This document shows, piece by piece, positions 14,793 to 27,087 of a DNA stretch of 34,573 nucleotides. Within the stretch, counting starts at the first letter, position 1; the number at the start of each line of letters is the position of its first letter. Source of the DNA: Hyphochytrium catenoides (Eukaryota > Protista > Hyphochytriomycota); the NCBI GenBank assembly GCA_900088475.1, contig FLMG01001439.1, positions 1 to 34,573 on the forward strand, written 5' to 3'. The translations under genes and the position numbers were made by a program. The notes under the pieces are model-generated. The model did no database searches and was not told the origin of the DNA. It worked only from the letters and a program-made list of their open reading frames with translations.

Positions 14793-17700
14793 ATGAAGGA
14801 AGTACCTCAGCCGCATGTGACTCCGAATGGCCCCGGCAAGGAGAGTACCTATAGACACAGTGCGCAGAGCAAAAGAGCAAAGAGAGACGGAGACCAAAAG
14901 CAGAGTGATACCAGGAGTTGTGCTCTCTGTCCGAACACCGCCGTGAGTCGGTGTAGCTCCTGCAGATCTGTCTTTTATTGCGGAAGGCAGTGTCAGGCGA
15001 GACACTGGCTTCAAGGTCACAGAGAGGAGTGCCACACGCAGAGAAACTCTGCTCTCTCGTCTTCCGCGCCGTCTCAACCTAAGGCATCAAAGGAGAACGA
15101 CAGTCCTCTTTTGTCTGTCTCCTCTTCTTCTACAAATAAAGAGCAAGACAGAGTGCAGGAGGGCAAGAAGAAGGAGAGAATGAAGACGAAGAAAAAGATG
15201 CAGAAGGACATGTCTTCTCCTACGCTAACCACTGCCTCCTCCCCTCCCTCCTCTAGCACTTTCTCTTCCTCTTGCACGCCCTCAATATCTCCCAGTGGCA
15301 CTCGTAACAGAAAGGAGAGAGAGCGAGAAGGGAGAAAGACCGCAGAAGACGAGAGGCATTTAGCAAGTGAGAGTAAGGCCAGGAAGGAGAAGATTGAGGA
15401 GGTAAGAGAGATCGGCCGAAGGAAAGAGATCCCTCCAAAGAAGCAGGAGAGGAGAGACAACAGAGAGACCAGTAGCCAGCGTCCAACCTCTTCGGAAGGC
15501 AAAGAGCAGAAGATAAAGACGCAGACTATGCAAACTGAGGGAAGACATAAGAACAATGGCATGAGAGGAAAAGGGGCCGGCCAGCGGTGGGTTCAAAAGG
15601 CACCACGACGGGAAGACCCCCAGACAAGCAGGGCTGAGACGGCAACACCAGCAGAGCAGAGCCATCGGAGTGTACAAAGAATAGAAGAAGTCCGAGGGCC
15701 TACTCCTCTTCAAAGATCAAATCCGGCATCTTTGTTATCAAGAGAGAGGGTGAAGTCCTTGGACAGTGGGCAGCGGAGGCGTGAGAAACAGGAATCGAAA
15801 CAGAAGAGAGTAGAAGAAGAGAATGATCCCTTCGAATCCCTTGTGAGCACAGCTTTAAGGAGAAGAAGGGCCGCGTCAGCGCCGTCCAATAGCGCTAAGA
15901 CCGACCCAGACGAGGAGAGAGAAGCTGGACTGCCGGTCGAGCAGACAGATAAGCAACTCGGCAGTGAGGATGGTGTAGATCCTATGGAGAGGGAGAAAGA
16001 ACTCTATGCACCATCGACTTCTACTGCTCTCCCACCCGCTGACGAGGAAATGAAGAAAGAAGACCTTGCGGCTGAGGTAGACGAAGAGAAATCTGACAAG
16101 AACGACTCATCTTCTCTCTCTCTCTGTGCGGAGGATGAGGATCCTAGTGCCCCTAACCTGGCAGAAGAAAGTGCCTCCCCTCTCGTCCCCTTTTCCGAGG
16201 CTAGAGAGGAGGAAGTCAGGGACGAAGAGAGAAGAGATAGTCACGCAGAAAAGGTACCGGAGCCACAGGTTGATAAAGAAAAAGAGATCCCGTCTCCAGC
16301 ACCTCCTCCTGTTCACTCTCCCAGGTACATCGTAACCGGTTTTCTTGACGACCCTCTTGCCTGCAAATCTGAAGAGGAAGAAGACCAAGGAAGAGACATT
16401 GAGGAGACATTAAAAGTGGAAGTAGAGATGAAGGCAAACGTAGAGACTGTGGAGCCGGAGGAGGCTGGTGCGGCAGCAAGGAAGCGAAAGAAGAAGAAGA
16501 AGAAGAGAGGAAAGAAGATTGTGAGGAAGACCATTCAATGGGGAGATGTGACGGTTCGAGAGTTCGAGAGAGTCAATGGAGGCGGAGGAGGTGTGCCGCT
16601 CTACGGCAGCTGGTCTCTTGGTTTGGGAAAGGCGAAGAGGAACTTCTCTCCTGGATCTGTTGATCAGGTGGAAGAGAGAAGGAAATGGGACCTGGAGAGA
16701 AGGGCCGAGAGACTCTCTCCTGCACTGAAGAAGCTCGCCAACGGGGAGACAAGGCAGTTTGACTACATAGTAAGCAAGAAGAACCCTCTTTTTGGCCCTC
16801 TTTTGGAAGGTGAGAGAGAGAAGCTTCTCGTGGAGAGCCTCAAGAAGCATGAGGAGCATGGAGAGACGACGGAAGCAGCAGTTCCAGGAAGAAGGAAAAG
16901 CCAGACCCATCGCTCTCCTTCTATTAGTGGTGAGAGCTTCGAACTGGGAGAAGTTGCGCTCGACGGAGGAAAGAGCCCAGAGGAAAGAGCAATGCGGGAG
17001 AGAGAGAAGGAAGAGTATGCCGAACTGCACTCTCTTCGAGAGAGTAGGAGAGAGCAGTCTGGCTGCTCCTGCAGCTGGAAGCAGACCAAACCTTCAAAGC
17101 TAAACCTGAAACAGCTGAGAGACGCTTTGAAGGCGAAGGGCCTGTCTACGACGGGCACCAAGGCGGACTTAGTGGCCAGACTCAAGGCAGAGCTTAGTAG
17201 TGCAGGTAGGGCTGACACGTATCCACGATCGTTGTATGAGCTCTTTGAAAGCTTTGGCTGGATCTTTCATGCTAGGTTATCTCTCATCTTATCCTTCTCG
17301 TTGTCCTTAGCACCCTCACTTTTGCCCTGTTTAGAAGTATTCTGGCTGTCCCTCTTCTCTTTCTCTCTCTCCTCTGTCGCTCTCTCTCGCTTCCTTTTCC
17401 TTCATTCGGTCTCTCGCCTCTCCCTCGTTCCTCTTCCACATCATGACCACCGTCCACTGTCAGTCCTTGACACACTCGACGCTCTACTTGTGTTGCAGGA
17501 AGCGATCAGACGTCTCTCTGTTCAGGAAAGGGCCAAGCCTGTGAATGTGAAGAGGCAGGCATTCCCTGTCATTATCTAGTCTGTCACTGCTGCCACGGGA
17601 ACACGCAGACCTGCAGCAATCCTATGGGACACTCGCACTACAGCGCAGAGAAGGTGAAGAGCTATAGAAAGTCAATCTTTGCCGCACTGAGGAAGAAGAT

Positions 17701-17848
17701 GGAGAAAGAGGAAGCGAGACATAACCAGGAAAAGCTTATGGAGAAAGACGGAGGACAGACGGAGAGCTTGCAGTCGAGTGGTGCGGGCTCTCTCTTCTCT
17801 CCTTCCGCACTTGTGAAGTCCCTGGCCCCTGCAGTGCTGGCGGCTTGA
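14793..17848 (+). CDS. MYND zinc finger + CSRNP-like (cysteine/serine-rich nuclear protein) domain with inserted SAP domain, ~920 aa, 2 exons
   Basis: Exons 14793-17205 and 17499-17848 (GT-AG, phase 1). MYND: CALC...CSSCRSVFYCGRQCQARHWLQGHREEC. Basic NLS: RKRKKKKKKRGKK. CSRNP-like motifs: KTIQWGDVTVREFERVNGGGGGVPLYGSWSLGLG, EREKEEYAELHSLRESRREQSGCSC, CECEEAGIPC...CHCC...CSNPMG. SAP: LNLKQLRDALKAKGLSTTGTKADLVARL. 14793 is the first in-frame ATG after the stop at 14568. Confidence 0.85.
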
Positions 17849-18015
17849 AGAGGAGAGGACAAAGAGGAAGTGTAGAGGGACCCATGGCACTTAAAGAAGG
17901 CGAGAGGAGGCTGTATGGTTGAAGAGAGAGACGAAGAAGGGGAGAGAGACGAAGAGACGGAGCTTGAACTGTGTAACATTATTGTTAGGGCTTTGATGAT
18001 AAATACGTGGTCCTT

Positions 18016-20199
18016 TTACTCGTAGACGATCTGCAGAGGAGAAAAGTGATGAGTCACCAACAACAGCGAAGAGAGAGAGAGAAAGATACAGAGAGGCAGA
18101 GACACGGAGAGAGAGAGAGGCTTTGTGGGGTGGGGGAAAGGTAGGAGAAAGGAGGAGAGGAGATAGAAAGAAGAGATAGGACCGACGCGGTGGTAGAAGA
18201 AGGTTGAATTGAAGGTCCTAAGAGGAACGAGAGTGCGAAGCAAAAGGTGAAACCTACGACGAGCCGGACAAGAGAGAGAGAGACCTAGAGAAAGCGCTCG
18301 GGCAGCCATACCATCTAATGGTAGAAGTGTTACTATATAGGGGAACAAAGTGACAGCCACAGAGAGAGAGAGAGAGAAAAGCTTACCGTTCCCTCGGGCG
18401 GTCTGCCCTCTGCTTCGGAGAGAGCACAGAGAGAAGTAACTCCTTTGAGCCCGCGTCCTACCTTGGAATTCATTCTCTGTCCCAAATAGTCACTGGAGGT
18501 CTCCTTGGCGTGCTCCCTCTCGGAGAACACCTTAATAGAAAGTGACGCATTAGGAGCTGACCTTATCTCTCTCTCTCTCACACTCTGTCTCTGTCTCTCT
18601 CCCTCGTTCTGTCTCTCCTCAACCGCCTTGTCTCTCTCTCTCTTCCCGGTCACTTTTGCTTCTACGGCTCCTAACTCCCTGGCCCTGTCTCTCTCACGGT
18701 CTCCCTTCGTGTGTCACGTTCCTCCCAAACGATTTTTACCTTATTGACCGTGTACTCAGGAGGAACGTTGAGCTTGACCTTGTGCGTGTGCTCCATATCT
18801 TCGTTCAGATGCTTCACCGTGTGCTTCCACCTGGAGACAGCAAAGGCAAGGAAGAAGTGAGAAAGAGGGAGTGTGTGAGAGAGAGAGAGAGAGAGATCAG
18901 GGAGCAGGTGATCATATAGAGGCCAAAAGGAGTAAAGAGAGCAAGAAGTCACACAACTATCTAAGGAGCAAAATCTCAGGAACTCCTAGAAAAGGGAAGA
19001 TGGGCTGTGGAGGAGTGAGAGACACAGAGGGACCTTGGGGAACACAGAGAGAGAGAGAGAGAGAGAGGGAGAAAACCGCTGAGAGAGAGAGTGAGAGAGA
19101 AACGGACAGCAAAGAGGGACGGGGACAAAAGTGTGATAGAGTAGAGAACGAGAGGGACAGAGACAGGGACAGATATCACACCGCCCGCAAACAGGAGAGA
19201 GCAGCGCCTGGAGAAAGAGAGAGGAGGATGTATGGCACCACCTCTGTGACTCCAGATGAACTTCTCTGTGCTTCTTCAGCTTCTGATTCTTTAGCCTCTC
19301 CGCCAATTGCTTGACCTCCTCGTCCTGCCGCTGGAGCAGCCTCTGTCTCCTCTTCGCTTTGACATCTTCAAACTCCTGGGATGAGAGCCGCAACGAGGAT
19401 CAGAGGAGCGAGCGATAGTAAGGGAGAGAAAGAGACTCCGTAGTCCAGGGAGGGGGAAGGCGCGCTAGCACAGCAAAGAAGTATGCAAAAGAAGTAGAAC
19501 GAACAGTCCCTCCCAGACAAACGATTGCAGGGTCAAGCGAAGAACAGATGAACAGGAAAGGAAGAAAGACGAAGAGACCGCGAGAGGGAGAGAAGGAGAA
19601 AGAGAGAGCTACAAGCTAACGACAGCAAAAATATAAAAGAGAGAGAGAGAGGCACNNNNNNNNNNNNNNNNNNNNNNNNNNNNNNNNNNNNNNNNNNNNN
19701 NNNNNNNNNNNNGAGAAGTAAATAACAAGCACCTTTTTCGCGCTAGCTATTTCTTGCCTTTCAAGCACTTCTCTCCTTCTATAGACAGCCTTTGCTTCCT
19801 CGTAGAATCTTTGAGCTGAAAGCTGTGCCTCACTATTCTTGAGCTCGAGCAGCAGAGGCGTCGGCTTCAGTGTGGGCTCAGGGAGTCGGCTCAACTCTTT
19901 CTCTAGCTTCTCTCTTTGAAAAGCATGAGTCTTTCTCAGTTCTCTCTCTTCCTCAACACACTCTTCTTCGGTCTGTCTCAGCCGAGTTAGTTTCTCTTCT
20001 TCAGCCTGTCGATAGATCACTTTGCTCGCTTTCTGGAACTGTTCTCTCTCTCCTGCTTGTCTCTCTCTCTCTGTCTCTTTCTGAAAGTCTTCGAACTCTG
20101 CTTGCAACTGCCGCAGAGTGTCACGATACTCACAGGCCTTGTCATATTTGCCTAGAGCATAAGAGAAGAGAGAGGGCTATTAGGTACGTTTCCCTGATC

Positions 20200-20245
<46 letters not shown>

Positions 20246-20495
20246 GGAAGAAGAAGAAGACGAAGAAGAGAAGAGAGAGAGAGAGAAGAGAGAGAAAGAG
20301 AGAGTCCATCTGTATAGGTAAGAAAAGAGAGAAGGTGTGTATATAGTTCAAGAGAGGTAGACAGTTATGGCAGACTGGAAAAGTAAGAAACGAGAGAGGG
20401 CAAGAGAGAGAAGGCGAGGAAAAGAGTGAGAGAAGGAAGAGAGATCACTTAGGACAGAAAGTGGTGATTCTCTTTAGTTGTCCCGGAACTTTGTT

Positions 20496-20532
<37 letters not shown>

Positions 20533-20819
20533 TCACACTTGTTCTCCTTCGTTTCTCTCTCTCTCCCTCCCTCCCGTCTCTCTTTCTTCTCTCTTCCCCC
20601 TCTCTTACATTCCGCTGTGATCCTTGCGAGTTCTGTCTCCATGGCCCCTGCGACGGTTTTATAGATGTTGACAAGCTCTCTGTGAGGCACGTGGTCTCCC
20701 TGTTTGAATCCATAGAGAGAGAGAGCCTCCTGCAAGCTCCGCACGGAGACCATCTGGCTGGCGACCAGGACCCGCCGAGGGGTGGGGAGACAGAGGCTTA
20801 GGCAGTCCTCCTCCGACAT
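18016..20819 (-). CDS. Coiled-coil protein with UVR-like motifs, function unknown (possibly ciliary/cytoskeletal), ~337 aa, 6 exons
   Basis: Exons 20819-20609, 20151-19733, 19375-19242, 18830-18740, 18530-18387, 18030-18016, all GT-AG and phase-consistent. Motifs: CKYDKACEYRDTLRQL and KPTPLLLELKNSEAQLSAQRFYEEAKAVYRR. An assembly gap lies in intron 2, so an extra exon cannot be excluded. Confidence 0.75.
19656..19712. other. Assembly gap (N run)
   Basis: 57 N next to a GA tract. Confidence 1.
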
Positions 20820-22016
20820 TTTGTCTCGCTCTCTCTTTCTCTCTCTCCCTCTCTCTCTCTCTTTTCCTGAGTGTGCCTCGTTCCTCCTAGGTCTTCTTAA
20901 TTTAGCTAGCCTCTTTTTTCCCTTTCGCCCCTTTCTCTCTTGTTTTGGTTTCTTGTCTCTCCTTTGCCTACTCGCGTCCTGAAGGCTTCTACAGATAGGA
21001 AGGCCTGCTCCGCTGCTTTAGGAAGGTGGAGTCGAGTTAGCTGGGTCACCAGAAGAAGAGAGAGCAGCGCCTGGGAGGAGAGAAGAGAGAGGAGACTCAC
21101 GGACCCATAGCATCGCCCTTTTGACTGATGATGAGCACTCCCGCTGACTCTGTGGTGAAAGCTCTGAATAGATCTCTCTCTCCCTCTCTCTCTCCTCGAA
21201 GTTTCCTGTTCTTCATTATGTTGTGTCTATCTTTACCCTTCCTCCATCCTCCTTTTTCATCTCTCCGTCTTTCCTTTCACTTTCCCTCTCTCTTCCTTCT
21301 CTCCTTCTCTTCCACTTGGTCTCGAAGACACGTTTTGCCCTCTATTTCACTCTTCTCTATTCTTGTCTCTCGTTTTCGTCTCTTATCCGCTCTCTCCTCT
21401 CACTCTCTCTCTCTCTGTCTCTCTCTCTCTGTCTGTCTGTCGCTCTCTGTCTGTCTGTCTGTCTGTCTCTCTGTCTCTCTGTCTGCATATCTGTATGTTC
21501 GTCTGTCTGTCTCTCTCTCTCTGTCTCTCTCTCTGTCTCTCTCTCTGTCTCTGTCTCTCTCTCTCACTCCCTCTATTTCCAGAGAGGAGTCAGAAAGTCC
21601 TGTAACGCCCAAACTGCTGATATGCTAGGCAGGCTGCTGTCTGATAACTACAAAACCATACAAAGCGTAATCAACGCAGAGAATCAATAATTGATATGGC
21701 GTTATTGCGCCGCTTCACATTTGTTTCCTCCTCGTCCTCTCGACGTAGAGCTCTGGAGCTTCATCAAGCCCGGAGATTATTGCGGATCAGAGCTCTTAGT
21801 TCGGAGGACAAGAGTTGATACTTAGTAGAAGACTGAAAAGGGAAGCAGAGGAAGGAAGAGAAGCGGAGTGGCTTCTTATAGGACGTTCAGGACCTACCAT
21901 TTACAGTCTGAGGACTGCCGATGCTTTTTGGCTTCGTAGACTTGTGGGCGTTCTCGATTGAGCTTAGAACCTTGGACTCCTAACATTAAGATTTCCATTT
22001 GAAGCATAGTTTCAAA

Positions 22017-22394
22017 ATGGCTCAGGTCTGTCAAACACACTTCTGTTTGGTGGATTTGGGTTAGGGTGAGCTAAGAAAATTTTTCTGTGATGCAGAATGC
22101 TACGAATGAGGTGGATGAGGTGATCAAGCAGCTGAAGCAGAACAAGGGCTTCAGTACTTACATTATTATGAACAATGACGGTACGGCTACGGAAGATCCA
22201 AGGGTTAGCTGTTGCTTGTCATTCGCTAATCTAAGTGCCCAATCCTCTATGGCTGTGAGAGTCTTCCTATATGTGCTGCTACGGTGCCGCTGTCACATTG
22301 TGCACTAGATTAATTCGCATGAATACCTCTCGTCAGTAGTTTTCTCTGTCTATCTCTGTCTTCATCTCTTTCCGCACCTTGTTCCCTTCTCTTG

Positions 22395-22428
<34 letters not shown>

Positions 22429-23141
22429 TTTTTGTTCTGGTTCTCTGTCACACCTCTCTCTCTCTTTCTCTTTCTGCTCCTCCCCTCCCTCATATAAGAG
22501 TTACCTCTACCTTTTATTAAGGGCCGCCCTTCGTCTTCTGAATCTCTCTGCCGCTTGTCATCCTCCCAGGCATTGTGGTCAAGTATGAGAACATGGACTA
22601 CAAGAAGGCAGTGCACTATGCTGCTGTGGTCCTGGATGTCTATCAGAAAGCCAAACCCGCAGTTCAGCAGCTTCTATCAGAGGGAGAGGTGCGCTACTTA
22701 CTATGTCGAGCCTTTGTTTCTCTTCATCAGTTCTGCGCAAGTTCTTTAGGGTCTTTAGAGGACTTTCTCTTTGAAGCTGTCTTCCCTGTCTTTCCTTTGG
22801 TCCTCTCCTAGCGTCCTGGAGAAATTTTTTGATGACCTTTTACTCCGCATTGCGGTCCGTCGCTAGAGTTTGGAAGCTCAGCTTTCCAAGGGCAGGTCCA
22901 TTCCTCTATCTTCTCTTTAAGCCCTTGCAATTCCTCGGCCATCATCACGCTCACGAGGTTTATGCTCTCTCTTTAGAATGAGGTAGAATCTGTTCGGCTG
23001 CGAACAGAAGCCAACGAGATCATCATCGCGCAACATGGCTCGTACACCCTTGTCGTTATCCAGGTGCCAGAGAGTAAGAAGGCCGTTGTAGTCAAACCGG
23101 AAGGGGACAAGGCTGTGGAAGAAGTGAAGGAAGCAACATAG
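22017..23141 (+). CDS. DYNLRB: Dynein light chain roadblock/LC7 family, ~125 aa, 4 exons
   Basis: Exons 22017-22025, 22096-22180, 22570-22688, 22977-23141. Translation MAQNATNEVDEVIKQLKQNKGFSTYIIMNNDGIVVK...HYAAVV...VESVRLRTEANEIIIAQHGSYTLVVIQ matches the roadblock pattern. Confidence 0.92.
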
Positions 23142-23774
23142 TCGGGGCCCCATGTCTTCTATTCTCATACTCTCTTGTTCTTTTCTCCCTCCCTCTCCAC
23201 TGTAAAGTCTCGCCTGCTTCTTCCGTATGGTTGCCATATAAGATATATAAAAGGAAGACGTCTTCAGCTCCATTTGTTGCTAGTAACCCACCGTTTCCAA
23301 CGTGGTAGCCTCTCATAGAGCAGTGAAGAGAGAAATGAGTAAGGATCCCGGCCATATCAAGTTAGAGGAGTTAAGCGAAGGGACTTGGGTGGACCAGGAG
23401 AGAGAGGACGAGGAGAGGATGGAGGAGCAAAGTCAGGGAAGAGTGAAAAGGCGCGGGTAGAAGGGGCAAAGCACTTATTTGCTTGCAGCATTACATCTCC
23501 TCCATACTTGAATGTCTCATAGAATTGTTTGGCCCCGGTCATCTCACATGTAAGTGAGCGGCTTACTTTCCGTGGACTCTTTCTACCGCAGGCTGTCCCT
23601 CGAAACGCCCCCTTTCCGCGTTATCACTTTTGCCCTCAGCCCAAATACATCAAAGCTTATCTTCTTGCATTGCCTCTCTACTAAGCCTATTGGCTCTGAG
23701 TTGCAAACGAGGAAAGAGAGAGACGCACAGGAGAGAGACCGGTGCCTATTCTTCCGTTTTACATTCACAATAGA

Positions 23775-24497
23775 TTAGGGCTTCTTGCTAGCACTGGTGT
23801 GCTTCTTGGCATCAGGAACCTTGAAAGAGACTGACCAGCAGCTCTTGCACATAAGGTCCACCACTTTGTCCTTGTTCTGATTATACTGCTGTCTGAATGT
23901 CCACATTGAGGCCAACGACGAGAGAGAGAAATTGATGAGAGACGGCGACAAATAAAGCGAGAGTAATGAAGAGTTAGGCAGTTAGTTAGGCATTATCGGA
24001 CAGGAAGGAACCACAAGACTGTAGCAGCGAGAGCCTCATGTTGGCTGGAGTTCTCCCTTTTGATCTTCTCTGCATCCCTTACCTCATTGTAGCCAGCTCC
24101 TGCTGGGTCTGCTGCTGCAGCTGCTTGCTCTCCGAGGAAAGAGCAGCCTACACGGGAAAAGCCAGAGGGATAAAATAGAGAAAGCAGTTAAGATGGAGAG
24201 ACGCGTGAGACTAGCCTCAATGGAAAGTCTTACGTCGTCTGAGGCAGCCTGAAACTTCCTTTCACACTGTGCGCGGTATTCCTTGATTTCAGTTTCAGCC
24301 TCCACCTTCGCCTGCTTCATTCGGTCGCCTCGTTCTTCATTATGGAGGTAAGTGAAGTGCATGGGAGGCCATTTAGCTCCAATCCTCAGACACCAATCAA
24401 TTGAGGAGATGATCTAACCTTGTCTCGACGCACTGACAATTTGTGAGGCCTTCTGCTCAGCAGCCATAAGCTCTTTGATACCTTGATGTCCGGCCAT
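23775..24497 (-). CDS. ATP6V1G: V-type H+-ATPase subunit G, ~120 aa, 4 exons
   Basis: Exons 24497-24419, 24334-24234, 24147-24083, 23892-23775. Translation MAGHQGIKELMAAEQKASQIVSASRQERGDRMKQAKVEAETEIKEYRAQCERKF...YNQNKDKVVDL. Confidence 0.95.
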
Positions 24498-25394
24498 CTT
24501 GAAGCGATATATAAATATATATCAGGGGCTAAAGGAGGAGGACGTCAGTTTATCTGTATGTACAAGGAATGCTGCAGAAGAAAAGAGAGGGTTGCTATGT
24601 ACATAGAGAGCACAGCGAGGGCAAAGGACTATCTTCCTAAACCGATTTGGCGATAGATCTTTGCCTGTTGGAAAGATTGTAGCCTCTTCACGACGCCGCC
24701 CTTGGAAGGCTTACCTAGACTAGATCTGAATATTAACTGCTAACTGGAAAAACCTTAATGGGTCGGCAACAGGCGTACACCTTGACGGATGTGTGTTAAC
24801 CTGTTTAAAGCAAAGACTACTCCGAACAAGCTCCTTATAAGCGCAGAAGAAGGTGATAGATTGCTGATGAAGATCTTTGTCTTTAGCGTTAGCATGCCAA
24901 AAGCCAAATCTGGAGCTTTCTTCAAGACTGTTGAGGTCAATCAAGTTAGTAATAATCATCCCTGGACAGTACCTCTAACGCTATTACAGCATATAGAGGA
25001 AGTGATTAGTAATAGGATAAGTCAACTAGCGGTTAGCGGCAAGGCAATAACGGAATCTTAACGGCTCTCTCGAAGTGGCTGACGGACCCAACAGCTGGTT
25101 CTGATCTTTGCACAATAAACTCTCTGATCGTGTCATCGTCCAAGCTCTGTCTGCACCTGGAGCTCTGCCTTTCCGTCCATTATCATCGCCACTTAGAGCC
25201 AGGTGCGTAGCATCTCACTACTAGCAGAGGGTGGCAGCACCTCCTCGTAACAGGTATCAATCTATTGTTAAGAAGGTAAGCGTGGGATATCAGTCAGCTG
25301 TCATGGCTCGCAGGCAAAGGCTGAACGCATTGGCTGTGGAATGTTCTAGGTAGTTCCCCAGGTATTTTGAGAGAGCTCTATCGTTGAGAAAACG

Positions 25395-25859
25395 ATGAAC
25401 GCTGGAAGAAAAGCAGCAGTCTCTGCAGCTAAAGCTGCTTCCAAAGCAGCAGAATCGACGACTCAAAATGCCTCGCAGACTAGAAGGAATAATCTTCTCC
25501 TGGCCGGCAGTCTGATGACCTTTGTCGGCTCCGTGTACTACTACTCGATATGGGCTGTCAAGAAGGTAGGCTGCGGCTCTTGTCAAGTTTCGTCTTTTTC
25601 CGCTTCCCTGTGGCTCTCAGCTCTGCGCTGGCATCATATTCCTCTGGATCTACCTACCACAACTTCCTGGGCGTTTGCGCTGTGCGCAACAGGGTGTGAC
25701 GATGTCTAATGCTCAACACAACCTTCCTAGGCCTCTAAAGAAGATTTCGGGGAGGAAGAGGATGTGGTTATCAATCTGAGGAAGAGTGGCCTTAAAGCCG
25801 ACGTGAGGTCAGAAAAGACAGCACTTCTTCTTACTGCTGATAGACCTATAATTCCGTGA
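25395..25859 (+). CDS. Small single-pass membrane protein, cytochrome c oxidase assembly factor 3 (COA3/CCDC56)-like, 2 coding exons
   Basis: Exons 25395-25565 and 25731-25859. RRNNLLLAGSLMTFVGSVYYYSIWAVKK|ASKEDF resembles the COA3 pattern (RN...G.....vY.Y.i.av.qedF). There is a probable 5'UTR intron at 25276-25361. Confidence 0.65.
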
Positions 25860-26387
25860 CACGCACTGCTCCTGCATTCTAAAGAGCTTGATCGAAATTT
25901 CTTCTCAGTCTCTCTCAATGTCCCTCATAAACGCTACATAGGGCGCCTGGTGAAAGAAGCTAAAGCGCTGCGATAGCTCATTGGGGCTTGGATGCTGAGG
26001 TGGAGAAGCAATTTATGATGTTAAAAACGTTCTCAGGTGCAGCCTTCTTAACATCGCCCACCCTGGGCCAGGGAGTTAGTCACTTGGAGGCCTCATAGGG
26101 ATGATAGCTCTGACTTCAGAAGCAAGGCAGAGAATAGGAAAGGTGACGGTGAAGAGAAGGACGCCAGTAAGCAGGCGGAGAAGGGGGCGATTGCATTGCT
26201 GAGCCCTACACATGTATAGGGTAATTGCTCGTTAGAGCAGAGCTCCTGACGGACAGTCTCTGCTAGAATAAATAGTCAACGGCGCTAATGAAGCATGCTA
26301 GTTCTGCAAGTGAAGTACATCGAGTCTCCTCGCAGGTGCTACTTTTGCCAGGCAGAACGAGGAGTGGAGGCGGCGAGCCTCAATTGT

Positions 26388-27087
26388 TCATGAGACCTGC
26401 CTTCCCCTTCCTTTAGTCTTTGTCTTGAAGGTAGATGCCACCTGAAGGGGCCAGAGAGGGTGAGAGAGTAGGAGGAGATGCAGCAAAAGCTCATTAGCAT
26501 CACATAGACCAACAAACGAAGTGCCCGAGTGATGGGCAATGATACGACCAGGAAAAATGTGGAGTTGCCCCAGTAGGATGGAAGGTTATCATTAGGACAG
26601 AAGGTTATCATTAGCCGGGCACCCAGCTCTTACCTCCTGCATCAGGCTACGGGCCCTATCCGATGGCGGCACTTTGATCAGGAGAAGGTTGTCCTTAGTC
26701 CTGTCAGCTTTCCTCCGCTCCTCAGCCGCGATAGCTTAGTAGCATAGACGAAGGAAAACCTTGTGAGGTGAAGCTGTGAAAGGTATTCTGGAAGCTTCAA
26801 TAAGACGAGGACAAGGACTTCGGGGCTCAGAAATAGACGATAGAGTGGAGCAGCAAGGATCGGCTTAGGATACAAAACGAACCTAGATAGTTCACTGATC
26901 TCTGCTTCTGAGTCTTCGGAGCTGAAGAGAGACCGGCCTTCATCTGTCTTTTCTTCTTCTTCTTTGATTGTGCCTTTGTCGAATCAGAATCAACCTTTGA
27001 TTTGCTTTTGTCTTTACTGGTAGAGTTGATCCTCAGAGATTCCTCCTCAGACCGCTTAAGAAGAGTCTTCAGCAGCTTTGAGGACAT
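26388..27087 (-). CDS. Small basic protein, AROS/RPS19BP1-like (tentative), ~119 aa, 3 exons
   Basis: Exons 27087-26883, 26734-26634, 26441-26388, phase-consistent. N-terminus MSSKLLKTLLK, a Lys-rich NLS, and EERRKADRTKDNLLLI. The family call rests on weak motif resemblance. Confidence 0.55.
26581..26614. repeat. Intronic 19-bp-period direct repeat (gaaggttatcattag x2)
   Basis: gaaggttatcattaggacagaaggttatcattag. Confidence 0.85.

Noticed and set aside
14655-17579. 974-aa single-exon ORF taken at face value
   Set aside because: It starts at TTG, and its hydrophobic tail is read-through of a CT-rich intron (17206-17498). Splicing restores the Cys cluster and moves the stop to 17848.
19195-21074. 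17-bp exact match gagagagcagcgcctgg at 19195 and 21058
   Set aside because: Part of it is GA low-complexity sequence and the flanks do not extend, so it is likely chance.
24789-25061. 90-aa ORF between V-ATPase G and the COA3-like gene
   Set aside because: It has no recognisable motif or splice support and lies in a divergent promoter/5'UTR region.
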